Assembly: GCA_964626665.1 (NCBI GenBank)
Contig: CAZVGK010000004.1
Coordinates: 32,001 to 96,000, forward strand
DNA: 64,000 nt
Direction of reading: 5' to 3'
From: an uncultured Gemmatimonadota bacterium
GTDB lineage: Bacteria > SM23-81 > DAOVCL01
The notes beneath the pieces were generated by a model. It was not told where the DNA came from. It did no database searches and saw only the letters and a list, made by a program, of their open reading frames with translations. A program made the position numbers and the translations under genes. Below are positions 27,685 to 37,097 of this stretch, one piece after another. Every line of letters begins with the position of its first letter. Position 1 is the stretch's first letter.

Positions 27685-28853
27685 ACATTGGCTCTACAAA
27701 AAAGGAGACCAGAAGGTCCTTTTTTATCTCAGTAACTTTGCATCTGGCTGCCCTCCTTCTTTTGATCTTTAATGGGGGGACCAAACAGAGATCTATGGGT
27801 TCAAAGCTTACCGAGGTATCCTTCATAGAGAGGTATGGGCCGGATGTGGCCAGCAAGATAGTGAGAAGGAGGATCCCCATCCGCACTCACAGCCTATTGA
27901 AGAAGATATTTCCCTCCCAGAAGAAGGGAGATAAGTCCGCCGGGGTGAGAGAAAGGTCACGCCCCTCGGGTCACCAGGGGAGAAGCAAGCCAATCGGTAA
28001 AAGCATAATTGCCTCCCACACCAAAAAGGTGGAGGATCTAATAGATGTTGACCAGGATGTGAGGGTAAGCAGTCAACCAAGGAAGAGATCGACAATTGCC
28101 CAGGGGAAACTGGTGGGAAGAAAAGCGGAGGTTAATCTTAGAGACCTCCCATTTGAGGTAGAGGAGGATCTGCCGAAGCTAGAGAGCGCAGATATAGAGA
28201 TGGCAGTGAAGATTCCGGTAGGCGGATTAGAGTCAGGAAACAAGCGCTTTGTGGGGGGGATATTGACCAAAGGGGAAAAGGGTCTGGAGGAGCCGGTTAT
28301 CTTTCCTCTGGCAAGTTCAGGGGATCTGGTCGACATTTCAGATGGTGGCGGAGGTGGGGGACGGGGTACTCTTTTGAACTATGGGGAAACGGGTTCTGCG
28401 GGAGGGGGTGGAAATCCTACGGGAAGGAGAGGAAATTCGGAAGTGATAATCCCAAAAGCCAAGAGATTGAAGATGCTGAGCGAAGAGGTTGATGCCCAGG
28501 TAGTTGTTAAATCACAGAGGGAAGAGAGAGGAGGAAACCTCAAGTCTGGCCGAGGGGTGACGATGAGACTGTCTGGACCACTTTCGGGCAGAAAGATCTT
28601 AAGGTCCTTTGCCCCAGAGTATCCGGAATGGGCGAGGAGGAAGGGGATAGAGGGAAGAGTAGATCTCCACCTAACGGTGAATCCGAATGGGTTTGTCAAG
28701 GATAATGTCTGGGTGGAAAGAACCTCCGGACAAACTGGCCTTGACCGGGTGGCCATTGATGCCGTAAAGAGATGGGTATTTGCCCCTCTGCCTTCGGACG
28801 TGGCTCAAATAGAGCAGTGGGGAATAATTACCATCTTCTTCAGGTTGGAATAA
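27681..28853 (+). CDS. tonB: TonB-family energy transducer
   Basis: N-terminal TM with SVTLH (SxxxH), long charged/Gly-rich linker, C-terminal P.YPEWAR..GIEG.V...V...G.V...SG...LD..A..AV..W.F.P. Confidence 0.88.
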   Translation: MNIGSTKKETRRSFFISVTLHLAALLLLIFNGGTKQRSMGSKLTEVSFIERYGPDVASKIVRRRIPIRTHSLLKKIFPSQKKGDKSAGVRERSRPSGHQGRSKPIGKSIIASHTKKVEDLIDVDQDVRVSSQPRKRSTIAQGKLVGRKAEVNLRDLPFEVEEDLPKLESADIEMAVKIPVGGLESGNKRFVGGILTKGEKGLEEPVIFPLASSGDLVDISDGGGGGGRGTLLNYGETGSAGGGGNPTGRRGNSEVIIPKAKRLKMLSEEVDAQVVVKSQREERGGNLKSGRGVTMRLSGPLSGRKILRSFAPEYPEWARRKGIEGRVDLHLTVNPNGFVKDNVWVERTSGQTGLDRVAIDAVKRWVFAPLPSDVAQIEQWGIITIFFRLE

Positions 28854-29151
28854 ATATCAAGTCCACCACGGACTAGCACAGCGCGGAAAAGCCGCAACCA
28901 AACAATTCACCGCAAAGTCGCAAAGGACGCAAAGCCTACCACGGAACCTCACGGATAAACAATAGCCACAGATTACACAGATTTCACTGATAATGAAAAA
29001 GATACTTGAGATTTCAGGCGTTCACCTGGTATATACCGCAATTTACATTCAAACCTTTGTTTTCTCTGCGCCTACTTTGCGAGCTTTGCGGTTAAAAAAC
29101 TTTACCCAAAAAACAAGATCTTGCAAAATTGTAGTTAAGGGGGAAAATAAA

Positions 29152-30054
29152 ATGCGAAATTTACTCTCTTATCTTATCTCGCTTTTCTTTATTTTTTTCT
29201 CTGTGGCTCCCAATTGGGCCGAAGAGGGAACGGGTGATGTCTCCCTCCCGGATGTGGTGGTGAAAGCCAAGAGCAAGGAGAAAACAAAGATAGAGAAGGC
29301 TGAATCCCCTCTCTCGGTGGAGACCTACATCATAGATGAGGCCAAATCCCCTCTCGATGCCCAGATTTTGGAGATATCCCCGGTGCAGAGTGTTGAGGTC
29401 TACCTAAAGGACATCCCCCCTCTAACCACTGAACAGACTATTCACCCCTGGTTGCCCCCCATAGTAGCTCAACCAGTGGTGGTCTTCTTCCCTCAGGAAA
29501 AGGAAGGGATGATCGAATGGGAGCTGGTGATCACCGATTATCAGGGGGAGGAGGTAAAGAAGTTCAACGGCAAGGGCAGGCCTCCAGATAGGATAGAGTG
29601 GGATGGGGTAGACCGCAATTACCGAACCCTAAAGGTAGGGTTCCCCTATTCCTATGTATATACCGCAGTTGATGTGGGGACCAACTCCCATACCTATGTA
29701 GGGGAGCCTTTCAAGGTAAACGCATTTAAGTATCCCAGAGAGCACGACCTTGTAGTGGACATCGTCAACGCCAAGCTCTTTGGGGAAGAGGGCCTTAATT
29801 TAAGCAGAGATGGCAGCTTCCTTATGGGGAAAGTCGCCGATCTGGCCAGATCTTATCCCAACTCCCCAATTTCGGTCACAGTCTATAGCCAGGGCGCCTC
29901 CCTGGCCCAGAAGAAGGCAGATGTGCTGGCTGATTATCTCTCCCAGGACCTGATCATCTCCCCGGAAGGGATTAAGAGGGTGGGCAAGAAGCCAACTGGC
30001 CCCGGCATCGATCCTGGCGGCTATACGCAGATCGTCATCTCCCATGCCAGGTAA
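29152..30054 (+). CDS. Secreted hypothetical protein with FlgD-like Ig domain and possible degenerate OmpA-like C-terminus
   Basis: Signal peptide; WELVITDYQG.EVK.F.G.G.PP..IEWDG.D; LA.KKA..LA.YL......I...G. Confidence 0.65.
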   Translation: MRNLLSYLISLFFIFFSVAPNWAEEGTGDVSLPDVVVKAKSKEKTKIEKAESPLSVETYIIDEAKSPLDAQILEISPVQSVEVYLKDIPPLTTEQTIHPWLPPIVAQPVVVFFPQEKEGMIEWELVITDYQGEEVKKFNGKGRPPDRIEWDGVDRNYRTLKVGFPYSYVYTAVDVGTNSHTYVGEPFKVNAFKYPREHDLVVDIVNAKLFGEEGLNLSRDGSFLMGKVADLARSYPNSPISVTVYSQGASLAQKKADVLADYLSQDLIISPEGIKRVGKKPTGPGIDPGGYTQIVISHAR

Positions 30055-30443
30055 AGACTCAACTCTTAGTTATATTCTCCTTGCTTGTTGAGGATGTTAT
30101 CATCCTCAACAGAGGTTCCTTCTGTCATTGCGAGCCCCGTTAGATATCAATGACGTTTCGCTGAACTCCGAGATTGGTAGAAATTATCTAACGGGGCGAG
30201 CGAAGCGAAGCAATCTCATAGGTGTTCAACGGAGGCTTATTGGATTCTTGAGGGATGATAACATCCCTCAAGAGCCGGGCGACAAAAGTTTTTGTGCTCG
30301 ATTTCATATCGGGCGGAAAGAGACGCCCCATCTAAAATGGGGCGCTACCGTTTATCATCGTAAGGAAAGGAGGTTTTGAATGTAACAAGCAAAGAGATGT
30401 TTTTTTGTCCAATAACTAACCCATAGAAAGAAGAGGAGGCACG

Positions 30444-31331
30444 ATGAAGAGGTTACCCTTGTTTCTTTCTCTAATAGTCCTTTTTGCCCTGACGGGCTGC
30501 AGTAAGAAGAGTACAAATTCTGAGCAAACAGATGAGGGAACCATCCGGGAGTTTATCTTTGACTCGGACTGGTTTAAACTCACTAACCACTTTGAGGGTG
30601 AAGCGGTCAGCGACTCTGGGGATACGAGCACAACGGCGGGCAAAGTCCTCTGTGACACCCTCACCGTACTCTGGGGAAGGAAGATCACCGATCATCCTGA
30701 TCCCCAGGTGACCATCGAGATCACGGGAGATTCGGCCTTCGTCTCCTGGACGATAAACACAGTGGGCTGGTTTCACATTATCAAATGGGTATCATCAGAT
30801 AGTAGTCATTGGGTGCACATCAAGAAGCCCCTGAGCGAGACGGCCAATCTTTATGCCATATTCAAGAGAAGGGGTGAGGTCAATCTTCCCCATCGAGGAT
30901 GGGAGTTGAACAAGATCTCCGGGGCTGAGGGAACATCGGACTCGGTGTGCACGGTAGAGATTCTAAGCATTAATATCCAAAGCAGTAGCTATGATACCAC
31001 CATCACCAATCCCCTGGAGCTGTTTGACATAACAGATGTGCTCACCTTTGAGACCGGAGAGGAGGTCAAAATTACGGTGGAGACCACCGGTGAGCCCGCC
31101 AAGCTCTTCCTTCATGTCTTCACCCACCTCTGGCCCTGGCATTTTAGGATACCCTTTCAAAAAGAGGAGGGTGGAACCTTTATCGGCACCTGGAAGGTGC
31201 AGAGGATACCGGCAGTCAAGTTCGCCGTCTTTGATCTGCTGCGACACGAGACCATCTACGACGACAGCTACCCCTACGACTCCAACGGCTGGCTCTTCCC
31301 TTACTTGGTAAAATCAACCGTGAGCAACTAA
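30444..31331 (+). CDS. Hypothetical lipoprotein
   Basis: LFALTGC lipobox; AGGAGG SD. Confidence 0.8.
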   Translation: MKRLPLFLSLIVLFALTGCSKKSTNSEQTDEGTIREFIFDSDWFKLTNHFEGEAVSDSGDTSTTAGKVLCDTLTVLWGRKITDHPDPQVTIEITGDSAFVSWTINTVGWFHIIKWVSSDSSHWVHIKKPLSETANLYAIFKRRGEVNLPHRGWELNKISGAEGTSDSVCTVEILSINIQSSSYDTTITNPLELFDITDVLTFETGEEVKITVETTGEPAKLFLHVFTHLWPWHFRIPFQKEEGGTFIGTWKVQRIPAVKFAVFDLLRHETIYDDSYPYDSNGWLFPYLVKSTVSN

Positions 31332-31364
31332 TCTTGCTCATTCAGGATTTTCTCATCCTGAACA

Positions 31365-31396
31365 AGGGAGGGCCGGGTAGCCCCGGCCCTCCCTTT
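31365..31396 (+). terminator. Rho-independent terminator
   Basis: AGGGAGGGCCGGG-loop-CCCGGCCCTCCCT followed by T's. Confidence 0.75.
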
Positions 31397-31750
31397 ATGT
31401 GCGGATTTCGGTCAGGATCAAAGAGCCAAAGGAGGTGTTTGACCTGATTCCGAACAGGGTTGGTTTAAAAAGGTTACTAGGATTACCTCCAATGGTTAAG
31501 TTCTCCTCCAATTGGCAGTTAGCTGAAGAGTAAAGTTGCCTCCTTCTGGTTTTTTGGTATAAAAATTGCAAATAGTTAAAACAGTTTTCCACGGAATCTC
31601 ACGGAAAAAAGCAATTAAGGATTGAGAACTAAAAATGAAATTTATGCTGGCTATTCCCGATCCTTGAAGACTAATCCCTGTTTTTCTGTGCAAACCCGTG
31701 GTTGTATGTGGTTAGCTATTAAAAGAAAACCAGATCCTCTCAAAAAACCC

Positions 31751-31779
31751 TTGACAGAGGGAAAAGGATTTAATAATAT
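31751..31779 (+). promoter_or_regulatory. sigma70-type promoter
   Basis: TTGACA-17-TAATAT, 16 nt before ATG 31796. Confidence 0.65.
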
Positions 31780-31795
31780 CCTCTCAATTTGAGCG

Positions 31796-33826
31796 ATGAG
31801 AAAACGATGGTGCAGTTTCGGCGTTCTCTTGGGAGGAATTATCCTTTGGGGGGCTCAGGGGGCATTTTCTCTTCATAACCTTCTTTTAGACGACCAGAAG
31901 GTTGATACGGTCTCAGTGGGCCAACCATTTCTCCTCTCCTTTGATTTAGAGAGGATGGGGGGCTTAGTGGGAGCGGAAATATGGATGGATCTAAATAGGG
32001 ACCAGCGCATAGAACCGGGAAAGGATTTCTTGGTGACATCAGGCAAGGGAATGTTTAAAGACGGTGGCCCAGATGATCAGGACAGCCTACAGGATGGTTC
32101 CTTTAGGCAGATGATCAGGAGGAACTGGCCTTTTCCGATTGGCTTTATCTTCCGGGCCTGGGAGAATGGAGTAGGCGATTCGGCATATCTTCTTCAGACC
32201 CCAGTTAGTTCTCGGTACTCGATCTCCGGTATGGTGGTTAACCCCTTGGAGAAGGAGAAGTTGGTGGTCTATGCCTCCCTGGGAATGGGGAAGCCACTAG
32301 CCGAAGAGGTTTCCTATGCGGCCTTCACTGACCAGAATGGTGATTACTGGATATGGGTTCCAGAGAGCCTGGGGGTGCGGAATTGGTTGGTGGGAAGCCG
32401 AGATATAATGGGGGTAGCCCCTGGTTATATCCCCCCTGCCCCCCTTTCAGTTTTGGTGGATGGGGAGATCACCGGGGTGAACCTTGCTTACCAGGAGGCC
32501 ACAGCATGGATCCAGGGGAGGGTTATGGCCCAGGATGGGAAACCAATCTCCCAGGTGAGGGTCAGCGCCAGAGGAGAGGAGAAGAGGTTGAACCCCGCAA
32601 CCCTCAGCGATTCCTTGGGAGATTACCTATTAGGTGTTAAAGGTGGCAGATGGGTTATAGGTCCTGATGCAGGTGACCTCATTCCAAGCTATCTGGCCCT
32701 CCAGCCCCGCAGGATCTGGATTGACCAGGGCGACACATCCTTGCTGGATCTGGTCTGTTTTAAAGCTAACAGCACTATCTCTGGCACGGTCTATACAAAC
32801 CGAGCAAATCCATTGGGGATAGAGGTGGAGGGATGGTGTGACTTTGGCTGGACGCGTACTACCATCGATACAGCAGGGACTTACTCCCTGCGGGTAGCCG
32901 ATTTAGTTGGTGGTTATAGCTTAAGGGCAATGCCCCCGCAGGGCTACTATGTAGAGGAAAGGCAGCTCGATGGGATCCTGGCGGGAGAACAGAGGGCAAA
33001 TTTTCATCTCCGGCAAGCAAAGGCTTCTTTTCAGGGATCGGTCTACAACCAAAGAGGAGAGGGGATCTTGGAGGCCAAGGTCCTTACCTGGGGAAAAGGT
33101 GGTTCCTTTAGCACCCGGACAGACCAGAGAGGACAATATAGGATATGGCTTCCTGCAGGGACTTACATCCTGCAAGCCCAAAAGGATGGTTATCATAGCG
33201 GGACCCTTCAGGATGTGCTGCTGAGAGATTCAGTTGTCACCGAAAATTTCTGGCTGAAAGCCCTTTCTGGCGTTGTATCCGGCCATATCTACGGCACCGA
33301 TGATACCCCCTTGCGCTGGGCATGGACCACCGCATATGATTCCCTCCCTGAGGATAACTTCTCTGTGAGCACGGACTGGAGTGGCTTCTATCGGCTGAGC
33401 GTCCCTTTTGCCCCCCTCTCCCTCACTGCCACCGCCGCCGGATATGGGGAACAGCGGGAGGAGGGAATAACTCTCACTCCCTCTCGTCCGGATACAGAGG
33501 TTGATTTCCACCTTCCACCATCCGGGGTAACCGAGGAACTGAAAAGGTTCCTCCCCCCCCTTCTCTTTCCTAATCCCTTTAGCCAGAGGACAAATATCCG
33601 CTTTCTCCTTAGGGGGAAGGGGGAAAGGAAAGTCAGGGTAGGTGTTTATAATCTCCAAGGGGAGAGAATTAAGCTCATTTTTGCCGGGCAACTTCCCCCG
33701 GGGCCTTATCAGTTCTCCTGGAGGAGTAGAGATGAGGAAGGGGAGGAAGCCAAAAGTGGCTTATACTTTTTGAGGTTAGATGTGGGGGATGAGGAAGAGA
33801 TAAAAAAAATGTTTCTTATCCGTTAA
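31796..33826 (+). CDS. Secreted protein with carboxypeptidase-regulatory-like repeats and C-terminal sorting-like domain
   Basis: Signal peptide; repeated I.G.V....G.P...V......TD..G.Y; FPNPF...YNLQG...SGLYF.RL....KKMFLIR. Confidence 0.8.
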   Translation: MRKRWCSFGVLLGGIILWGAQGAFSLHNLLLDDQKVDTVSVGQPFLLSFDLERMGGLVGAEIWMDLNRDQRIEPGKDFLVTSGKGMFKDGGPDDQDSLQDGSFRQMIRRNWPFPIGFIFRAWENGVGDSAYLLQTPVSSRYSISGMVVNPLEKEKLVVYASLGMGKPLAEEVSYAAFTDQNGDYWIWVPESLGVRNWLVGSRDIMGVAPGYIPPAPLSVLVDGEITGVNLAYQEATAWIQGRVMAQDGKPISQVRVSARGEEKRLNPATLSDSLGDYLLGVKGGRWVIGPDAGDLIPSYLALQPRRIWIDQGDTSLLDLVCFKANSTISGTVYTNRANPLGIEVEGWCDFGWTRTTIDTAGTYSLRVADLVGGYSLRAMPPQGYYVEERQLDGILAGEQRANFHLRQAKASFQGSVYNQRGEGILEAKVLTWGKGGSFSTRTDQRGQYRIWLPAGTYILQAQKDGYHSGTLQDVLLRDSVVTENFWLKALSGVVSGHIYGTDDTPLRWAWTTAYDSLPEDNFSVSTDWSGFYRLSVPFAPLSLTATAAGYGEQREEGITLTPSRPDTEVDFHLPPSGVTEELKRFLPPLLFPNPFSQRTNIRFLLRGKGERKVRVGVYNLQGERIKLIFAGQLPPGPYQFSWRSRDEEGEEAKSGLYFLRLDVGDEEEIKKMFLIR

Positions 33827-33832
33827 TTTCCC

Positions 33833-33862
33833 TTGACAAAAATATAGGGGATAGAGTATAGT
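33833..33862 (+). promoter_or_regulatory. sigma70-type promoter of pilMNOPQ
   Basis: TTGACA-18-TATAGT. Confidence 0.6.
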
Positions 33863-33892
33863 AGGGTCAATTGCTAAAGAGCAGGTGAATTT

Positions 33893-34945
33893 ATGGCCAT
33901 CAGTTTGAGAAAGAAATCGGTTATCGGATTGGACATAGGTGCTTATTCCCTCAAGTTAGCTGAGGTAACGGGAACGAGGGAGAAGCTGATCCTCTCCAAA
34001 TGGGGAATGAGGGAGCTTCCTCCCGAGGCCATAGTAGCGGGGGAGTTCAGGGATAGGGACCTGGTCCTCTTACAGCTTCAGAACTTGATCGACCAGTGCA
34101 ATGTGAAGACCAAGGATGTGGTCTTTTCCATTTCTGGCCATGGCGTGATCACCAGCAGGCTGATAATGGATTATAAAAGCGGTGAGGAGGCCGAGCAGGC
34201 CATTCTCTTTGAGGCCGAACAAAGAAGCCCGTTTGATACCGAGGATGTAACCCTGGATTATAACATAGTCTGGGTGGATGAGGACAAGAGCAAGATGGTG
34301 GTGGTCATCGTTGCCGCGCGCAACGAGATCTTGAACAACTATCTTGAGCTTTTGGGTGATGCTGGGCTCAATCCGGTGATTATAGATGTGGATGCCTTTG
34401 CCCTCCTCAATGCCTACGAGGTGAACTACCAGGTAGATGCCGATCGCATATTGGCCTTGGTGAATATCGGGTTTGACAGCACAAATATAACCTTTATCAA
34501 GGATGGGGTCTACCACTCGATGAGGGATCTGGCCTCCGGGGGAAGGATGTTCTTTGAGTCCATTGGCAAGGAGTTAAGTCTTAACCCTGATCTCACTGAG
34601 AAGGTGCTGCGGGGGGAAGAGGTGGAGTCTGTGGACTCTGATATGTTGAAAGCCCTCATTGCCAGCACCGGTGATGAGCTGGCAGTGGATATAGAGGTGG
34701 CTTTCTCCTACTTCGAATCTGCGTCTAAGGCAGAGGGAATCGATTGGATAGTCCTGAGCGGTGGGGGGGCACTCATCCCCTATCTGCCAGAGTACCTCCA
34801 AGAGAAGCTCTCCATTCCAGTAGAGATCTTCAACCCCCTGCGGAGCATAAAGTTCGATGCCGCCCAGTTTCCTGGCCTGCAGGCGGAAAAGATGGCTCCT
34901 TTAATGGCTGTGCCCATAGGATTGGCCTGTAGAAAGGTCCTTTAG
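33893..34945 (+). CDS. pilM: Type IV pilus assembly protein PilM
   Basis: IGLDIG..S.K, EAEQ..PF, IDVD.FAL.N, VNIG...T, LSGGGA, NPL, IGLA.R. Confidence 0.95.
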   Translation: MAISLRKKSVIGLDIGAYSLKLAEVTGTREKLILSKWGMRELPPEAIVAGEFRDRDLVLLQLQNLIDQCNVKTKDVVFSISGHGVITSRLIMDYKSGEEAEQAILFEAEQRSPFDTEDVTLDYNIVWVDEDKSKMVVVIVAARNEILNNYLELLGDAGLNPVIIDVDAFALLNAYEVNYQVDADRILALVNIGFDSTNITFIKDGVYHSMRDLASGGRMFFESIGKELSLNPDLTEKVLRGEEVESVDSDMLKALIASTGDELAVDIEVAFSYFESASKAEGIDWIVLSGGGALIPYLPEYLQEKLSIPVEIFNPLRSIKFDAAQFPGLQAEKMAPLMAVPIGLACRKVL

Positions 34946-34946
34946 G

Positions 34947-35546
34947 ATGATAAAGATAAACCTATTGCCCAGGGGATTACGGGAGGAGAGGAGGGGGTTA
35001 AGCAAGGGGACAGTCTGGCTTATCGTTGGTTGTGTAGGGATAATTCTGATCCTCTTTGGCCTTCTCCAATACGAGAAATACAAGTTGGGAAAGATGAAAA
35101 AAGAGATAACTATAGCTCAGATGGAGACCAGGAGGTTTGCCCCCCAAATAAAGGTGGTGGAAAATTTGGAGAAACTGAAGGCTAAAGTAGAACAAAGGAT
35201 GGGGGCGATTGACAAGCTGGATAAGAACAGGGCCTTCTGGATAAATCTTTTGGAGAGGCTTAGTGTGGCGGTTCCGGAGAACCTCTGGCTAACCTCCTTT
35301 AAGGAGTTGGTTGGGGGTGGAACTCCCCAGGTTATCATCGAAGGGGAAAGCTATTCCCTCAACAATTTGGCCTCCTTTATGCTCAGGTTAGGTCACACCC
35401 CTTTCTTCAATGGGGTTGAACTGAACTGGGTCAGACAGGTAGAGGAGGAGAAGAGGAAGACATTTTATTTCCAGGTTTCCTGTAACCTCAAGGGGGAGCA
35501 GCTTGTCACCCCGCAACCTAAGGCAGGGAAAAAGGGTAAGGGATAA
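34947..35546 (+). CDS. pilN: Type IV pilus assembly protein PilN
   Basis: MIKINLLP motif, TM helix, coiled coil, P..LWLT. Confidence 0.93.
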   Translation: MIKINLLPRGLREERRGLSKGTVWLIVGCVGIILILFGLLQYEKYKLGKMKKEITIAQMETRRFAPQIKVVENLEKLKAKVEQRMGAIDKLDKNRAFWINLLERLSVAVPENLWLTSFKELVGGGTPQVIIEGESYSLNNLASFMLRLGHTPFFNGVELNWVRQVEEEKRKTFYFQVSCNLKGEQLVTPQPKAGKKGKG

Positions 35547-35550
35547 AGCT

Positions 35551-36219
35551 ATGGATCTAAGAAACCCGAAAAATCAGAAGATAGTTGTTATTATAGTCAT
35601 AATGTTGGGTGTTGTTTATCTTTGGTATACCCAGCTATTTAAACCGACCCAGCGGGAAATTGGGAGGAAGAAGCTCCAATATCAGGCTATCTCCTCAAAG
35701 CTGCAGACGGTGAAGCATAAGGCAGGGAGCCTGCAGGGGCTGAAAAGGGATTACCAGAGGTTGTTGGCCCAATACAGGACGGTTAAGCTCCTTCTTCCCC
35801 CGCGCCGTCAGACCCCAGCCCTGCTCCGCAGGCTGCATCGGGCCGCGGGGCGTTCGGAAATTTACATCTCGGAGATTACCCCTCAGACTCCGGTGCAGAT
35901 GGATTTCTACGCGGCAAATCCTTATTTAGTAAAGCTAAAGGGAGAATTCCATAAATTAGGGAAGTTTTTGGGCTATGTGGCCAACTTCCCATTTATCGTC
36001 AACATTTCAGAGGTGAAGATAGATGATTTGGAGGAGGAGAAATCTTCAAATACGATAAAGGCAGAGCTAAAGCTTGCCACCTACAACCTCTCCCCAGGGG
36101 AAAAGGAGATCAGCGAGGAGGAAGGGGAGAAACCTAAGGGAGGGATCTTGCAGAAACTGAAATTGCGGAGGAAGGAGTTTGAATCGGAGTCAGGTGGCCA
36201 GAAGGGAGGGAAGATATGA
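35551..36219 (+). CDS. pilO: Type IV pilus assembly protein PilO
   Basis: TM helix, coiled coil, LLP....P.LL, FY...P....L.G.FH.LG.F...VA. Confidence 0.9.
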   Translation: MDLRNPKNQKIVVIIVIMLGVVYLWYTQLFKPTQREIGRKKLQYQAISSKLQTVKHKAGSLQGLKRDYQRLLAQYRTVKLLLPPRRQTPALLRRLHRAAGRSEIYISEITPQTPVQMDFYAANPYLVKLKGEFHKLGKFLGYVANFPFIVNISEVKIDDLEEEKSSNTIKAELKLATYNLSPGEKEISEEEGEKPKGGILQKLKLRRKEFESESGGQKGGKI

Positions 36220-37097
36220 GGAAGGTTCTCTTTTTGGGGGTTATAGCTCCCCTTCTCTTTTTCCTTTCAGCCTGGGGCTCTCCTAAATCTCTTGTCAAGG
36301 ATATTCAAATAGAGAGGAACCAGAAGGGAATTCTCCTGTCCATCCTTTGCCAAGGGAAGATTAGCTACCAGGTTTGGGAGATGAAAAACCCTCCCCGGGT
36401 GGTTATCGACTTTGAGGATGCTAAACATGCCCTTCCTCGCTTGAATTATCGGCACCTTCCCCCCTGTGGTATAAAGTCGATTAGGACAAGCCAGTTTAGG
36501 TTCAATCCTCTGAGAGTAAGAGTTGTTCTGGACTTGGAGAGGATGATTCCCCATCAGGTGGTGGACAATGGGGAGAACTTTCAGCTTCTCTTCCCCGGGA
36601 TCGAGCTACCTCGGTTTAAAACCTGGCTGGCCAGCCGGACAGAGCCAAAGGGCAGTAAGATAATGTCTCCAGGGAAAATTGCAGAGAAGAAGATGATCAA
36701 GAAGAAACTGAAACCAGTCGTCCCCCCGCAGCCGCAGGAGAGTGCGCTACCCTCCTTTACCCCCCGGCGGGCCGTTCATTACTCGGCGGGCGGCCGCAGA
36801 GATCCCTTTAGACCCCTTTGGCAGGAAGGGGAGTTGCAATTTGGCGCGGTTCCCTTGCCCAGTGTCGATGGCCTAACCCTGGTGGGGGTTCTGGAAGATT
36901 CTACCGGATTTCGTGCCCTTCTGGAAGGCCCAGGTGGTTACGGATATATACTGCGCAAAGGTGACCGGGTGAGAAACGGCTATGTGGCCCGGGTCACTAA
37001 AGATAAAATCATCTTTCAGGTGGTGGAGTATGGGTGGACGAGGACAGTAGTGCTTAAAATGAAAAGAACGAAGAAAAGCGAGGTTGGTTATGAATAG
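36216..37097 (+). CDS. pilP: AMIN domain-PilP fusion
   Basis: NPPRVVIDF..IRTSQF....VRVVLDL (AMIN) followed by Y...GRRDPF.P..L.LVG......AL....G.G..L..GD....G.V..V (PilP). Confidence 0.8.
   Translation: MRKVLFLGVIAPLLFFLSAWGSPKSLVKDIQIERNQKGILLSILCQGKISYQVWEMKNPPRVVIDFEDAKHALPRLNYRHLPPCGIKSIRTSQFRFNPLRVRVVLDLERMIPHQVVDNGENFQLLFPGIELPRFKTWLASRTEPKGSKIMSPGKIAEKKMIKKKLKPVVPPQPQESALPSFTPRRAVHYSAGGRRDPFRPLWQEGELQFGAVPLPSVDGLTLVGVLEDSTGFRALLEGPGGYGYILRKGDRVRNGYVARVTKDKIIFQVVEYGWTRTVVLKMKRTKKSEVGYE

Noticed and set aside
26233-28853. Tol-Pal system or ordinary nutrient-uptake Ton system
   Set aside because: No tolB, pal or TonB-dependent receptor nearby, and there are two exbD genes. A receptor encoded elsewhere cannot be excluded.
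28993-29151. Upstream starts for ORFs 28993, 27627, 35503, 2244, 6167 and 54236
   Set aside because: The extensions lie in repeats or neighbouring genes; downstream starts fit the SD, signal peptide or homology better.
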